Shown here: piece after piece, positions 13,659 to 25,253 of the stretch
Layout of the letters: each line of letters opens with the position of its first letter
Position numbering within the stretch: position 1 is the first letter of the stretch
NCBI GenBank assembly: GCA_013265495.1
Contig: MU058221.1
Coordinates: forward strand, 3,534,001 to 3,596,000
Source: Vicugna vicugna
Taxonomy: Eukaryota
Length of the DNA: 62,000 nucleotides
Direction: 5' to 3'
Program-made: the position numbers and the translations under genes
The notes under the pieces: model-generated
Database searches by the model: none
Seen by the model: the letters and a program-made list of their open reading frames with translations, nothing else
What the model was told of the DNA's origin: nothing

Positions 13659-14040
13659 CCTTGAAATCTAAAACCCACTCTAAAAAGCAATGTTATCTTT
13701 CTTTGCACTGAGCACCCAAATTGGAATATTGAGAACTGGCAGACTTAAAGATGTTTATAAGAATTAAATATATGCAGCCCCAAATTCTAGCTCTTTAGCT
13801 CTCTCCAAGAGAGAACATGGAGATGAAAACGAGGCATACACATTTTTTGTGATCATTTAATCAAACTAAACATCTCTTGCCTCTGGATGAGAACTCCAAG
13901 AAAATTACATGAACTCTCCTTTGCTAAATCATCATCGGAAAATTTTGAAATGAGAGAGGATTGCGTGAGGCTGGGAAAATACTGTTTTTGATTTAAACAT
14001 TGTAAGATTGCTCCTCCCATCTGTAAATGGTGCTGGTTCA
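13659..14040 (-). pseudogene. Exon with frameshifts, RGS-like: FKSKTVFSQPHAILSHFKIFR / DLAKESSCNFLGVL / LGAQCKER*HCFLEWVLDFK
   Basis: Acceptor cttctacgtttaag| and consensus donor AGG|gtaaga. Pieces overlap track ORFs 13932..14198 and 13853..14041. Confidence 0.6.
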
Positions 14041-14299
14041 CTTAAACGTAGAAGTTGCAGGACTGCATTCCTATATTTGAGATGGTAGTACATTGGTAGA
14101 AAAAAAATACATAGATAAAGTTTGTTAGAATTAATTACGTGATGTCTTTTCCTCATTTCATCCAGAAGACTGCATTGCCTTTCTAAAATAGCATTCATTT
14201 ACTTTGTGGAAGTTGAACAAAAATTCGAAATGTTCCATTATTTATTCGGATCTGTGAATATGAAATACACTTTTATCTGTCTCTCTGTTCACTGGATCG

Positions 14300-14777
14300 A
14301 AGTCTCAGTAGGGAAATGCTCTCCAGTCCTTTTGGACTGAGAGTGTTCATCAGAGAAGTAGGGAAAGATGCTTTATGAACAGAGACTAAAGCCTTCTGGT
14401 ATATACATGAGGCTCAAAGAATGAGATGGTCTGTGTGTATGCACTGCTAATGCACTCAGTGGTTTGTTCAGCTTCAGTTTAATAAATATGAATATTATAT
14501 TTACACAGCATACACTGACACTATCTTCTGTGTCACACGCTAAGAATGACAGTGACAAATAGAATACGTACAAACCAGATGAATTAAAATGGAAGCCGTG
14601 TTACCATAGGACAGTTATTGAAATACCACACATAAAACTCTCCCAGGAAATCAGAGTTGGAAAAGCAGTGATTGTGTCTCCAAGAGAGTTTACGTTTTAA
14701 TGCAGTAAATTCAAATCATGTTTAGCATTTATTTAAAAGGAGTGTTTTAAAGAGGTTCCGCCCATGACCTCAAACAC
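14300..14777 (-). pseudogene. Candidate exon region (one or two exons): GRNLFKTLLLNKC*T*FEFTAL ... CDTEDSVSVCCVNIIFIFIKLKLNKPLSALAVH ... SIFPYF
   Basis: Acceptors cctcctatag| (14777) and gtcattcttag| (14539). Motifs resemble recalled RGSL1 LN...R.EF and RGS22 CDESVI..I...FI. Boundaries are uncertain. Confidence 0.45.
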
Positions 14778-14936
14778 CTATAGGAGGTCGGTGCTTTCCC
14801 TTGTGAACAGCTGGGATGGCATGTCCTCTTTTTAAAATTAGAATATAGTTTAATATATATTTAGTTATGTATAGTGTGAGCTATGAGTATAGACACACAC
14901 ATGTGGTTATGCACTCGTAACACATAGCATACGTAC

Positions 14937-15554
14937 TTATGAATACATTAAACACCAGGACAATAGAATACACGCCAGTTGAGGTTGTACTGGTCTTTTA
15001 AGAGGCTTGGCAGTGCAGAACATGTGAACAGTCAACTCCGGGGTGATCGCTGGCTGGCAACATGCACATAAATCTGGACGTGCAATTAATTGACTTTTCG
15101 TTGTAATGGCTACAAGTGTTAAAATTTCTAATTCACAAAGATACAATATTACAGGCAGAATTAAACTTTTCACAGCTCACTTCACAAGAGTGAGATGAGC
15201 TTCCCCCGGGCCGTGTGAAGCTTCCGTTGTGGTGAGTCTTCGGTCCTACGACCAGCGTGTTCCTCTTTGGTTCAGTCCGCATCTTCAGCATAGTTTATAT
15301 CAGAGAAAGAAGGACTGCGAGTCTCTAATTCAACGTGAGTGCCATCAGATAGAGACGCATTCGGAAAAACTTCTGAAGAGCTTTCAGCTGTTTCTGGATT
15401 TACCGTTTCAGAGAAACTGACAGAATTTTGTATGTCAGCTCCGTCTTGGAAAAGCAACTTCTCCAGCTTGTCAGTCTGGAAGTTTGTAAGGACACTGGCC
15501 TTCGCTTTTCTCTTCTCTATCTGTAGCTTCTAATGCCGAGTCTCTGTTTTCTGA
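14937..15554 (-). pseudogene. Large exon with stops and a frameshift: QKTETRH*KLQIEKRKAKASVLTNFQTDKLEKLLFQDG...EDAD* ... LYLCELEILTLVAITTKSQLIA...QLACILLSWCLMY
   Basis: Acceptor cctccttggcttgtcgagcag|T (phase 2) puts the micro-exon in frame with track ORF 15272..15457. A second frame matches ORF 14937..15173. Candidate donor |gtacgt at 14936. Confidence 0.65.
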
Positions 15555-15905
15555 CTGCTCGACAAGCCAAGGAGGATAAATAAAGGAGGCTCCCGGGGCC
15601 TCTGGTTTTCTCTCACATTCGTTTCTGTGATGGGATCTTTGATTTAGGACCAGGATCCAATTGAGAGGCTGTGCTGCGCGGGCTTCGTCGGTTGTGCAGC
15701 TTTGACAAGGGGCCAGTCCCCTGCGGGAAGATCCCAGCCAGCAGCCGCCTCGCTCAGCAAGGAGACAAAACTCAGGAGCCAGAGCCACGTGGACAACGGG
15801 ACACAGGCGCTGGGGTTGCGTTGCAGCCAGCCGTCGCTGGGGGCCTGACCATCCAGCAGTCAAAGCTCTGATGACATCTCAGATCCCTGTTAACCCTGAG
15901 ATTAC

Positions 15906-15942
15906 CCTGCGAGACCTTCCAGGTTGTCTGCGGTGGCAAGAT
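15906..15942 (-). pseudogene. Micro-exon (37 nt, phase 1>2): DLATADNLEGLAG
   Basis: Strong acceptor ttcttttattttctcccttag| and donor CAGG|gtaatc. Phases fit both neighbours. Confidence 0.75.
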
Positions 15943-16070
15943 CTAAGGGAGAAAATAAAAGAAATCCTAACAGGAAGTAAGAGAAACCTTGATGTGGTCG
16001 GAGAGCAATTTCAGTGGGAGTGATAAAACAACAAAACTCAGAGGACGCTGGTGGTCGTCAGAGACCAGAC

Positions 16071-16203
16071 CGTTTGAATTTATGGATTCAGGACTGTTAC
16101 AGTCCCCATTAAGTTCCATTGCCTCCATGAGACATTTAGCAGTTCTTCGGTACAAAACTGAAGCCTTTATTTCTGATGTTGCATTTTGCAATTGTTTTTG
16201 AGC
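16071..16203 (-). pseudogene. Exon (133 nt, phase 0>1), stop-free: AQKQLQNATSEIKASVLYRRTAKCLMEAMELNGDCNSPESINSN
   Basis: Acceptor (at)n-ag|GCT is in phase with the upstream exon. Weak donor AACG|gtctgg gives the phase 1 needed by the next exon. Confidence 0.75.
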
Positions 16204-16477
16204 CTATATATATATATATATATGTCTTGTTTTTTTCTGACATTCTTCTGTGTTTTACCCTTATATTTCAAGGAGGGCATAGCTCAGACTACTGACTCTG
16301 ACTCACATTTGTGTTCACATCTGACCTCTACCACTGTCTAATTCTGTGGTGCTTTTCCCAGCATTTGAATATTGTTTGGCTTGAACTAGATGTCTCAAAT
16401 TCTTTTTTTTTTTTTTTTGCCCGTCTAGACATGGACTAAGCATTTTAGAAGAACTTCTCTTTGCTTGTACTTCTTAC

Positions 16478-16665
16478 CTTACTTGTCACAAGACTGCAGT
16501 CCGAAAAATGCTGAAGAAATACTCCGTCTCCAAATTCAGTTGAAAAAGCCAGGAAATCGTTTATCTTCTTTTTCACATTAACTTTGGTTTTGCAAGTGTT
16601 GAGCAAGTGTTTATGGAAAAGATTTATTTTTAGCTTTATTAGAACTGCATTGTCACCGATGCCAC
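16478..16665 (-). pseudogene. Exon (188 nt, phase 1>0), stop-free: GIGDNAVLIKLKINLFHKHLLNTCKTKVNVKKKINDFLAFSTEFGDGVFLQHFSDCSLVTSK
   Basis: Acceptor ctatgttag|GT and consensus donor AAG|gtaaga. Lies inside track ORF 16445..16672(-). Confidence 0.85.
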
Positions 16666-17109
16666 CTAACATAGATGCAGCTTTAAATAAACATTTAAAT
16701 GTAATTTAAGCATGACACACTTACTAAAAAGAACTGCTTAATAATGCATATAACTCGCAAAACTTGATAAATGACGGTTCTGCGCGTGATTAATTATGGG
16801 GAAGTATAAAACATATAATAATTTTAAAATATCCTTTGTGTTCTGTTAGAATGGAGCTGATTTTTTGTGGTTGAATGGCAACACGGTTCTGCATACCTGG
16901 CCTCTAACTCCCAGCTCTGTTCCTTGTTGGAAACACAACCTAAATCATTTAAGTTGATTTAACTGAAGTTAGCCTCAAGTTTCTCATCAAGTTTCTCTGC
17001 TGAACCTGACTTTTCAATTAAATAAAATAATTTACATGAAATGTTGTTATAAAAATTAAACCACTATTCAGATAGATTCATTTGCATGGGTGGTTTTTTT
17101 AATTCATGC

Positions 17110-17437
17110 CTAGAAGGCTGTATTTATTCCGGCGTAAGCTAAAGTGGTGCAGAATGCAAGAAGATAGGGGAACAGCGCCCAGTGGAGAGCGCTGGCATGT
17201 GGAATCACTGTATTTTTTTTTCTTTTTATATGGAAGGACTTCTTATAGAGCACAATCTTAGATAATGGGATAAATGAGATTATAGAACAATGTGGCGATT
17301 ACACAGGCTGTGTAATTATACTCGGAGCAGGTCACACTTTGGGTCTCAATTTCTCTTTTAAGAACAACTACACACAGATACTGAGATTGCCATTAGTAAC
17401 AGATTATTCTTCAGGCAAATATGTTTTTCTGGAAGGA
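17110..17437 (-). pseudogene. Exon (328 nt) with several stops and a frameshift: ...LFLKEKLRPK...ASALHWALFPYLLAF / RNKYSLL
   Basis: Very strong acceptor tctctcctctttctcatctgttctttag|. Donor G|gcatga is GC-type or a mutated GT. The reading frame is ambiguous. Confidence 0.6.
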
Positions 17438-17609
17438 CTAAAGAACAGATGAGAAAGAGGAGAGATGTCATACTCTTGGATGAATTGCACTGATATATGA
17501 CTTCCAGATGACGGCATTTTGATTATATGTTGATAGAAATCTTCCTATGATCCTTTATGTAGGGTAATGAGTTAATTTTTTTTAGGAAAATAAATATATA
17601 TACATTCAA

Positions 17610-19030
17610 AAATGTAAAAAAAAAAAAGAATTGTAAGGGAAATATGCTCTACTGGGTAATAAAATGTTTTGGAGTAATGGTATATTTACCAAAACTGTTG
17701 CTGGCATAAGAATGAACACATTAGTGGAACAGAGTAAAACAACCAAGCAGGGAGGATATAGCTTAGTGGTAGAGTGCATGCCTAGCATGCTCAAGGTCCT
17801 GGGTTCAATCCCCAGACCCTCCACTAGAAAAGTAAATAAATAAATCCTCCACAAAATTCTTTTTAATTTTTTAAAATAAAAAAAAATAATATGTTATAAA
17901 ATAATAATAAATAATAATATAAATAATAAAAAATAAAAATAAAAACAACCAGAATGAGAATCTAGTATTACAATGAGCAGCATGATGGTGAAATTTAAAA
18001 ACAAGTGGCTAAATAAGTCTAAAGTCTCAACAGGGTGTTGAGACAAAGTTATTATTTAGGTTCACAAAAATAGAAATGTTTATATCAGAGCATAGATCAA
18101 CAATAACTACCAGTAAATTAAGGAGTTAAAAATGAAGATAAAATGTAAGAAGCAAATATAAAACTAGACAACAATCAATTGGCAAGTAAATTACAAATAA
18201 TGCGATTAATACAATATAACAATTCAAGTATCTTACATAGAATCAGTAAACGTCATGCAATCAAAATAAGACATTTAAAAGAACATTAACTAAAACATGT
18301 TTGTCACACATTTGACAGCCAGTTATCTTCAATAATAGACATTTTATTTTTGTGTATTTTTATGGGAAACTTCAGTAAAACAAAAAAGCACAGGTTAATG
18401 TAGAAACAACAGAAAAAGTAATTTAATTTTTTTTCTAAAGTGGGGAGGAAGGAAGGAAAGAAAGATGAAGAAAGGAAGGCAACTGACCAGAAATTACTGA
18501 TAGAGTTAAAATTTTTATTTTCACCTGTAAATTTAATACACTTTTTCTAACTCTATCTGGATTTTTGTTTAACTCTTTTAAGTCTTAATTTTTAATATAT
18601 ATTTTAGATGAAATTCTGTTTTTGCCTTTTTAATGTGGTCAATGTTTAAAGATAATCATTGGTGTTGGAAGGAAAGAGAACCGGGGCTATTATCCTCTTC
18701 TGTCTGGGAGACTATGTTGGTACGAACTTTCAAGGAAAGGTGCTATTTGAACATGTATATAAAGATATTTATAACAAGTGTAACTTTGACCCAGCAATTT
18801 TGATTTAAGAATACGTTTATGTTATGTAACGTATAAGGTTTATTCAGTTTTTACTTCTAACGCATAAAAATAGGAAACAACTTAAATGTTAGACGTACAA
18901 GGACTTGGATTACTTTTGATGCTACATCTATGAGAAATTATATCTTTATATGTGGTAGGAAAGTAATAACGCTGTTGAAGAATACTGTAAGCAAGGGGAT
19001 TGAATTAATTTTTTAGACCTTGTCAAGGAA
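17610..19030 (+). mobile_element. Highly degraded old L1 (L1M/L1ME-type) fragments
   Basis: ctggcataagaatgaacacattagtggaacagagta and tttgacccagcaatt motifs; A-rich plus strand. Confidence 0.55.
17750..17941 (+). mobile_element. tRNA-derived SINE, Vic-1-like (camelid), with an A/T-rich tail
   Basis: GGGAGGATATAGCTTAGTGGTAGAG (A box)...GGGTTCAATCCCC (B box). Flanking direct repeat AAAACAACCA at 17736-17745 and 17942-17951. Confidence 0.85.
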
Positions 19031-19343
19031 AAGCTAACTTACATTCACAGATAGAGCGAGGGTAGGAAGATAATTTATACTTTTTTTAAATTTCTGTGTT
19101 TTTTTAGGTTTTAGGGTTTTTTTTTTAGTTTTTAGTTTTTTTTGTTTCTTTTTGTGGGGGTAGGTAATTGGTATGAATTAAGTGTTCCTGTGTGTTACCC
19201 ATAAGTTAATGATAAAAAATTAACCGTGTTGGTGCTTATGTAAAATTTAGTAAAGGGACTGTTTAATTGGAGCTCTAACAATGTTTTGATTAACCTTTTT
19301 ACCCTCTGGTGAATTTTGCCATATCAATAATTAAAACCTTTAC

Positions 19344-19594
19344 CATAGATAGAATCCCACGATGAGATATGCATTATAAAAAAATATATTCTAGGCAAGA
19401 GGAAATCAGCTGATGAAAATTCTGTATCAAATCCATCTATCTGATATGCATTCCCATAGCAACAAATGAGTCTAGCCTGTCTGTTGTTGGCATCGTAGTC
19501 TTAGAAATGTTTACAACTGTGACATTTTCCTTCATCAAACGATGCTAATCGTAGTCATCATGGCGAAACTCATACGGCTCCAGTTCTTTGCGGA
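19344..19594 (-). pseudogene. Exon (251 nt): RKELEPYEFRHDDYD*HRLMKENVTVVNISKTTMPTTDRLDSFVAMGMHIR*MDLIQNFHQLISSCLEYIF/YNAYLIVGFYL
   Basis: Acceptor cccacattgcag| and donor TG|gtaaag. Two TAG stops and a probable +1 slip in a T7 run. Confidence 0.65.
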
Positions 19595-19609
19595 CTGCAA
19601 TGTGGGCGC

Positions 19610-19800
19610 ATGAGTTACCGATTGTTATTCTCATAAAAAGTCCTGTGAAGCAGTCAGGGTTGATGTAGATCCCCACTCTGCAGATAAAATAAATGAGGCT
19701 CGGAATATTTAACCAGCATCCAAGCCACACAGGTAATAAGTGGCAGAAATGACACCATCCTGCCCCTTTTGATCTAGTTCTGACCTCATTAATTGTGCAG
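19610..19800 (-). mobile_element. MIR SINE
   Basis: ccccactctgcagataaaataaatgaggctcgg...ccaagccacacaggtaataagtggcaga. Confidence 0.75.
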
Positions 19801-20759
19801 CCCTTTTGAAGAGAAAGTATAGGAGAATTCATCAATTTCTGCTTTATGATATAAATGAGTGAATAAAACTGTGCACAAGCTGTGTGTGTGTGTGTGTGTG
19901 CGTGTGTGCGTGTGTGTGTAGGCTAAGTAGTCGCCCTTACGTCGTTTTAAGTAGCTTAATTCAGTGTTTTGCAAATTTAAATGAGCATGAAGGCACTAGG
20001 GGATTTGGTCAAAATGAGTGCTTTCTTCAGATGTTCCGGGATGAAGTATCAAATTTCCCACTTCTAGCAAGCTCTCTGCCTGTTCATGGGCCCCACTTTA
20101 AAAAGCAAGTTCTTAATTCTAATTGTGCTTTTTTCAAGGATGTCAAAAGTAGCGAGGAAAAAAAAACTGCGGTCTGACCATTAGTACTTTTCTCTCATTC
20201 ACCACAATGAAAGGCAATCTTTATATTACAACCAAAACACCTCAAAGGCATATTTAAATATTTTAAATATTTAACTTAATTTTTACCTATAGACAATGTC
20301 AAATCTCAAGAACATTATTAAAGGTATAGAAACCCCTCGGTAAATAATTAATTACTTAAGATGTAATTATGTTCACATTTTTCACATTTGCCCTCATGGC
20401 TTATATATGAGATTTTTACCTGTTGGTTTTCACCTAGAAACTACACCTACTTGATTTTTTCCCCTCTATCTCATGAGAGTAAAGGTGACAGTTTTTCTTT
20501 AAAATTATTTTGGTACTGGAGTTTATACTTAAGTACGTGGTTCCCATCTCCAGGAGAAAGGAGAGTGTCAATTTTTTTCCCTGTCGTGGGTGAGCTTAGC
20601 TTGAGATCCTGACGGTTCTATTTGGATCATGTGACTTTCAAGTCCTTTTTTCAAAATGAAAGTTTGTAATACATGGAACATTTTTATGCAGGAAACTTCC
20701 TTTGTACCGAAAGGCATTTTTATTTTCTGCTTAACTTCCCTGACAGAATTGTGTTATGT

Positions 20760-21245
20760 TGGTTTTCTAATAAATGTTTAAATTTTAGAATAGTTTTAGA
20801 TTTATGAAAAAAGATTGTAAAGATAAAACAAAGTTCTTATAGACACCACATTAAATTTCCTGTGCTGACAATTTACATTAGTGTGGTAGATATGTCACAA
20901 TGAATGAATCAACATTGAGGTATCATTGTTCACTAAATTCTGTACTTTATTCAGATTTCCTTAGTTTGGGGTATTTAAAATCCTTTTTCTATTCCGACAT
21001 CTCATTCGGAAAGCCACATTACATTGAGTCTTTCTGTCTCCTTAGGCTAACTGTTGGTTGTCACACTTTCTCAAACTCTCCGTGTTTTAGATGAACTTGA
21101 AGGTTCTGAGAATTAACAGATACTTGTAGAGAATTACCAGCAGTTATGCTTAATCAGATGAATGAAGTTTGTCTCTTTTTTTTTCTCATAATTAGACCAT
21201 TACAGGTTATCATGGTATATTTTTATGACCATTGTAAAGTTATTT
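20760..21245 (-). mobile_element. L1MC-type 3'UTR fragment
   Basis: ttttagaatagttttagattta...tacattagtgtggta...tgtcacaatgaatgaatcaacattga. Confidence 0.75.
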
Positions 21246-21326
21246 TAAACCAAACCACGATTGACTTAAATATGTATTTATATTTTATAATAATGAGGTC
21301 TCTATATGACTATGACAATGAAATAC

Positions 21327-21750
21327 GTAAGTGTGACGATTCTTCAAGCCTCCCACAGAACGGTATTAGATCAGGTCAACAGTGCAGATCACTGCTGACC
21401 ATCCGGATGCCAGTACCCGTAAATCCAGCAGACGGCCTCTGTCTCTGTTGCAGTTGGGATGCTACTGGCATTACCAAATTACGGTGCAGGGGTTAAGCCA
21501 ATGAAGACAGCTTTTGATGCCTGTGTTGAAACTTCGAATGAGATATAATTCCCCAGGGTTCCGGGTGTAAAAGCTGCGTTCTCTCTTCACTTTGCCTCCT
21601 TTGTGTGTGTGTGTGTGTTTGTTTTTGTTTTATTTTGCTCTTTTTCTGTTGCTTAAGAGGTTGGAAGGCATAGGGAAAAAATTAGTTAGAAAAAGGCTAA
21701 TTGATATACTATGGCATTTGGATATACTTCTCATGTAAAAGTATACGTTC
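21327..21750 (-). pseudogene. Candidate exon (424 nt, phase 0>1): ERILLHEKYIQMP*...EPWGIISHSKFQHRHQKL...DLIPFCGRLEESSHL
   Basis: One continuous frame with 5 stops. Donor C|gtattt is phase-compatible with the 19594 exon. The acceptor is weak and the 5' boundary uncertain (alternative acceptor at about 21645). Confidence 0.4.
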
Positions 21751-21833
21751 CTATATTTTTACATGGATTAGTGATGGGTTTCAGTAGTGCCTGGTGACTC
21801 CTGACTTGCCCCAGAAGCAGAAAGTGTCCCATG

Positions 21834-22472
21834 TGTTGCCAGTGATTAGGCTCTTGTCTCACTGCAGAAAAAATTCAGAGACAGGGAGATTAAGAAAGTA
21901 AAGTGAGGATTTTTTAAGGGATGGACAGGGCACGCTCAAGGGGAGAGCGAGCAGGCTCAGGGGAGAGGCTGCCCTGAGTTTCTTTGGCAAGTTGGTCACA
22001 TAGAATGTAAAAATGAATGGGCAGAATATTCACTGGGGAGGGAAGGGTTTGGGGTCACATTCCCTGATTTTCATCCCAAAGCCACCTTTCGGAAGGGAGG
22101 AGGGATTTTTGTCCTTATTTAGTCTGGATCAGAAGTGCCATGGCGTCAGTGCATGATGGGTACTTCTGATCTGCAAGGCAAATTTTATTGAAATGAGGGC
22201 ATAATGAGCAAAAGGTCATATTCAGACACTGGAGATTCCTGCCTTTTCCCACCTTTCTTTGTCAGCCTCCAGGCCACTTGTCACCCCAAAATGTGTGACC
22301 GCTTATCAGCCCAGAGGTCCCTGCTCTTTTTTCTCTCCATCCACGGACCCCTGTTATTTACGTGATGTAGGGTTTCCTGCATTTGGCCTGTGCCCCTCCT
22401 TTCAGCTCAGTTCCTGCCATTTGGCCTGTGTCCCCCTCTCTGCTCATATCTAGCTGTCTGCCTGCTCCAGCA
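21834..22472 (-). mobile_element. Solo ERV LTR (639 bp), ERV1-like
   Basis: TG...CA termini and a 4-bp TSD CATG (21830-21833, 22473-22476). Homologous in reverse orientation to 36473-37122. Confidence 0.9.
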
Positions 22473-23060
22473 CATGTATTTGCTCACTTAATTGTGTCTT
22501 ATCTTTGAGCCAAATAAAGTAAGGCTTGATAGTGTATTATTGCTAATCATGAATCCCAATCATGAATATGTATTGTGTCAGCCAGCTGCTCCCACACATG
22601 CTAGCTAGGGCAATCCGAGGGATATTTGAATCCATGGTTCCTATAGCAACTGAGCAATTGTATCAGAAAGGGCATCTTCCGCGTGGGCCGCTGCTCTGGT
22701 TCTCTCGAGTCACTCTTGGAGGTTTGGTCTCGAGGCAGCTCCTTTGGCCCTTCAAGGAGTCATGTCAGTACCTAATACCCTATAGCTTTCCGTCAGCTAT
22801 AGCTGAAATTATGCTGCATAAGAGCCCACGCTCCTCCGCGGCATTCAACAATAAGCGTGGATTCTTCACGTTTCTCCGGGTCAGTGGGGGTTTTGCTGAT
22901 TTGGGCTGGGCTTAGCCTGATGGCTCTTCTCCAGGGTAATCACATCCTTGGAGGAGCAGCAGAGAGGCTGAGGCAGGCTTTTCTCATGCTAATTGCAAAG
23001 GGTAGGGGAGACTAACTTGACTCACACAACTATGATTCTAGCCAAGGCCTGCGTTACATC

Positions 23061-23523
23061 TGTGAACAAAAAATACTGCAAACCACATCAGTAGACAAAG
23101 AATGCTGGAGCCATCAAGTCCTGCCCCAGTGAAGACCAGCCTGCAGCCCGGCCTCTGCAGCCATTCACGATGGTGCCCCCTGAGGGGACTCAGAGCAAGA
23201 ACGGACAGGACACTGGCCCTAGACAGCTAGGTGCTTGTCAAAGGAATGAATTCAACGAGCCCAAATGTTTGCTCCCTCCCATACATAGAAAAGCATTAAA
23301 GTCTTTAACTTGAGATGCCTGGTTTTCTTTAGATAACAAGTCATCTTTTATTGTTCCAACTCCCTGGTCTTTGTTGCAAAGCTCCTGTATATCCTGGCTC
23401 CTCCCCTACCTTTTCGGAGCAGCCCCTCAGAGCCACCTGAGAGGCTGTCATCCCGGCTCGAGACTTCCGACCAAATAAAACATAACTGTCAACTTTTAGG
23501 CTGCACATTTATTCCAGTTGACA
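23061..23523 (+). mobile_element. Solo ERV LTR (463 bp)
   Basis: TGTGAAC...GTTGACA termini, TSD CATC (23057-23060, 23524-23527), AATAAA at 23474. Confidence 0.9.
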
Positions 23524-23587
23524 CATCTAATGACATCCCATTGGCCAAAGCAAGTCGCATAATGCGCAACATCAAGGCGTGCGAAAT

Positions 23588-24175
23588 TGTTGGGGGAGAA
23601 GAGGTTCTTGCCTCACGCAGGAAAGAATTCAAGGGCAAGGCGTGGTAAAGTGAAGGCACGTTTACTTAGAGAGACACACTCCACGGACAGTGGGGTCCTT
23701 CTCTCCCAGAAGGGAGCGTGGCTTAGGAGATGCACACTCCGTAGGCAGAATGTGGGCCGTCTCAGAAGGATGAAAGGGAGAGAGATGGCGAGGTGTGGCA
23801 CTATTTAGTTTAAAGCAAAAGTAGATACACACGCCGTAGACAGAGTGTGAGCTGTCTCAGAAGGCAAGAGAGAGAGCGACCAGGAGGTGCGGCGTTGTCA
23901 GGTTTTGCAGGCTTGGTCATTCCATATGCTCATGAGTAGGGGCATTATTCCAGCTACTCTGGGGAAGGGGCAGGGATTTCCAGGAGTCGGGCCCCCACCC
24001 ACTTGTTGACCTTTTATGGTCAGCCGAGGAACTGTCATTTTGCCTGTATCTGTCCCATGAGGCTCAGGGTCTACTGAAGTCAGATCTTCCGCCATCCTGG
24101 TTCTAGGCAGTCCTGTCCTCAGTGGCCGTGTCCTTCCTTCAGTGGTTGTGCGCTGCTCCCCCACCTCCTGTCTCA
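23588..24175 (-). mobile_element. Solo ERV LTR (588 bp)
   Basis: TGAGACAGG...CCCAACA on the minus strand; imperfect 4-bp TSD AAAT/AACT. Confidence 0.8.
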
Positions 24176-24329
24176 AACTTAACTATAGATTATTATACTT
24201 AACTATAGATTTTTACAAACTTAACTATAGTTAACGTGGCAGAAAGTGAGGCTGCCCAACCCGGTTACGAAAAGGCAGGGAGTGGATGGCTAAGAACATG
24301 TTCCAGTCCGTCGTACTGTGTAAATCTCT

Positions 24330-24735
24330 TTGTACAGAAACAGCTAAGCAGTTAAGTCATATGCAGTAGAGCACTGATAATAAAGTTTGTTTGTTTTTTT
24401 TGTAAATTCAATATCTCTTAAGATCCTTTGTGTATTAACTCCATTCTCATCACTTTGTGTGCCAGGCAGTATACTTTCTCAGGTAGAAAACAGAGTGGAA
24501 ATAACATCCAGAGCAGAGGCAGTGAACTTGGAAATGCACTGTACGTATGGAATGTACTCGTGAGCCCCTCAGTCAGACCCCCTGGGTAATTGCTTCAGGT
24601 GGGCGCAGGCTCAGATGCTAAGGCCCTCTGTGTGATGACTTGAACGATTAATCCCTGACAGTTGTCGCCAAAACTTTGGGCTGCGATGTTAGTTTTCCCC
24701 AGCCAGAATCTCATCTGGCTTCGGCTGTTCCACAC
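24330..24735 (-). pseudogene. Candidate exon, RGS-like: VWNSRSQMRFWLGKTNIAAQSFGDNCQGLIVQVITQRALASEPAP ... FTASALDVISTLFST*
   Basis: Acceptor ttccagtcaaacag|. FWL and LF..W(now stop) motifs are typical of RGS-like helices. Frameshifted; donor not resolved. Confidence 0.5.
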
Positions 24736-24843
24736 CTGTTTGACTGGAACGCTCCCAGGATACCATGCAGCCGGGAACACACCGATTAAGGCAGGCTAAC
24801 TGAGCGGTTCAATGACAAAGGCCATTTAAGTGTTAGTTTTTAC

Positions 24844-25253
24844 GCCTTTTAGAGGTTGAGGACCGCCACTGTTGGCACTGTATCTTGTGTGTCATGAGAT
24901 GAGGGGCAGAGTCGCGAGGTGGGAGCAGTTACTTTGAGGAAAAATGGTACTGTCTTTCCTCTCTGGAACAGCAGGTAAAAGTGTGTGAGCAGAGTGGCAA
25001 AGGGAAGTACTATGAAGGGGATAAACGATATTAAAAATAGTGAGATTGTGTTTTGCTCCTAAGAAGTGCTCAGATGTGACATTCATCATCATTCCTTCTC
25101 TATTTCTGTTTCTGAGCTTTTTTTGTTTCCAATTTTAAAAAGATGCTCTACAGCGCGACAAAGGCTGCTCAGCATCAAGATGCATAAATCTCCAAGGGCA
25201 GTTAGTTTCAGCAAATTATTTTGGTTCTTCAAAGGAAAACTGAAGGTATTTAT
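24844..25253 (-). pseudogene. Exon with frameshifts, RGS-domain start: INTFSFPLKNQNNLLKL / WRFMHLDAEQPL / CRAVEHLFKI / MMNVTSEHFLG
   Basis: Acceptor tattattcag| and donor |gtaaaa at 24843. The pattern matches the generic RGS start (f..vL.n...l..F.....AE.PL.F..AVE). Confidence 0.6.

Larger units (their letters stand above)
22790..24315. mobile_element. MaLR (MLT1-type) LTR fragmented by two nested LTRs
   Basis: gtcagcta...atgctgcataa start. acatc|...|taatgacatcccattggccaaagcaagtc resumes after the insertion. Confidence 0.7.

Noticed and set aside
15471..15863. 130-aa minus-strand ORF
   Set aside because: It is mostly a GC-rich inferred intron, and its frame differs from the phase-consistent spliced frame.
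17750..17823. Possible tRNA gene
   Set aside because: The A/T-rich tail, flanking direct repeat, stem mismatches and position inside an L1 indicate a SINE.
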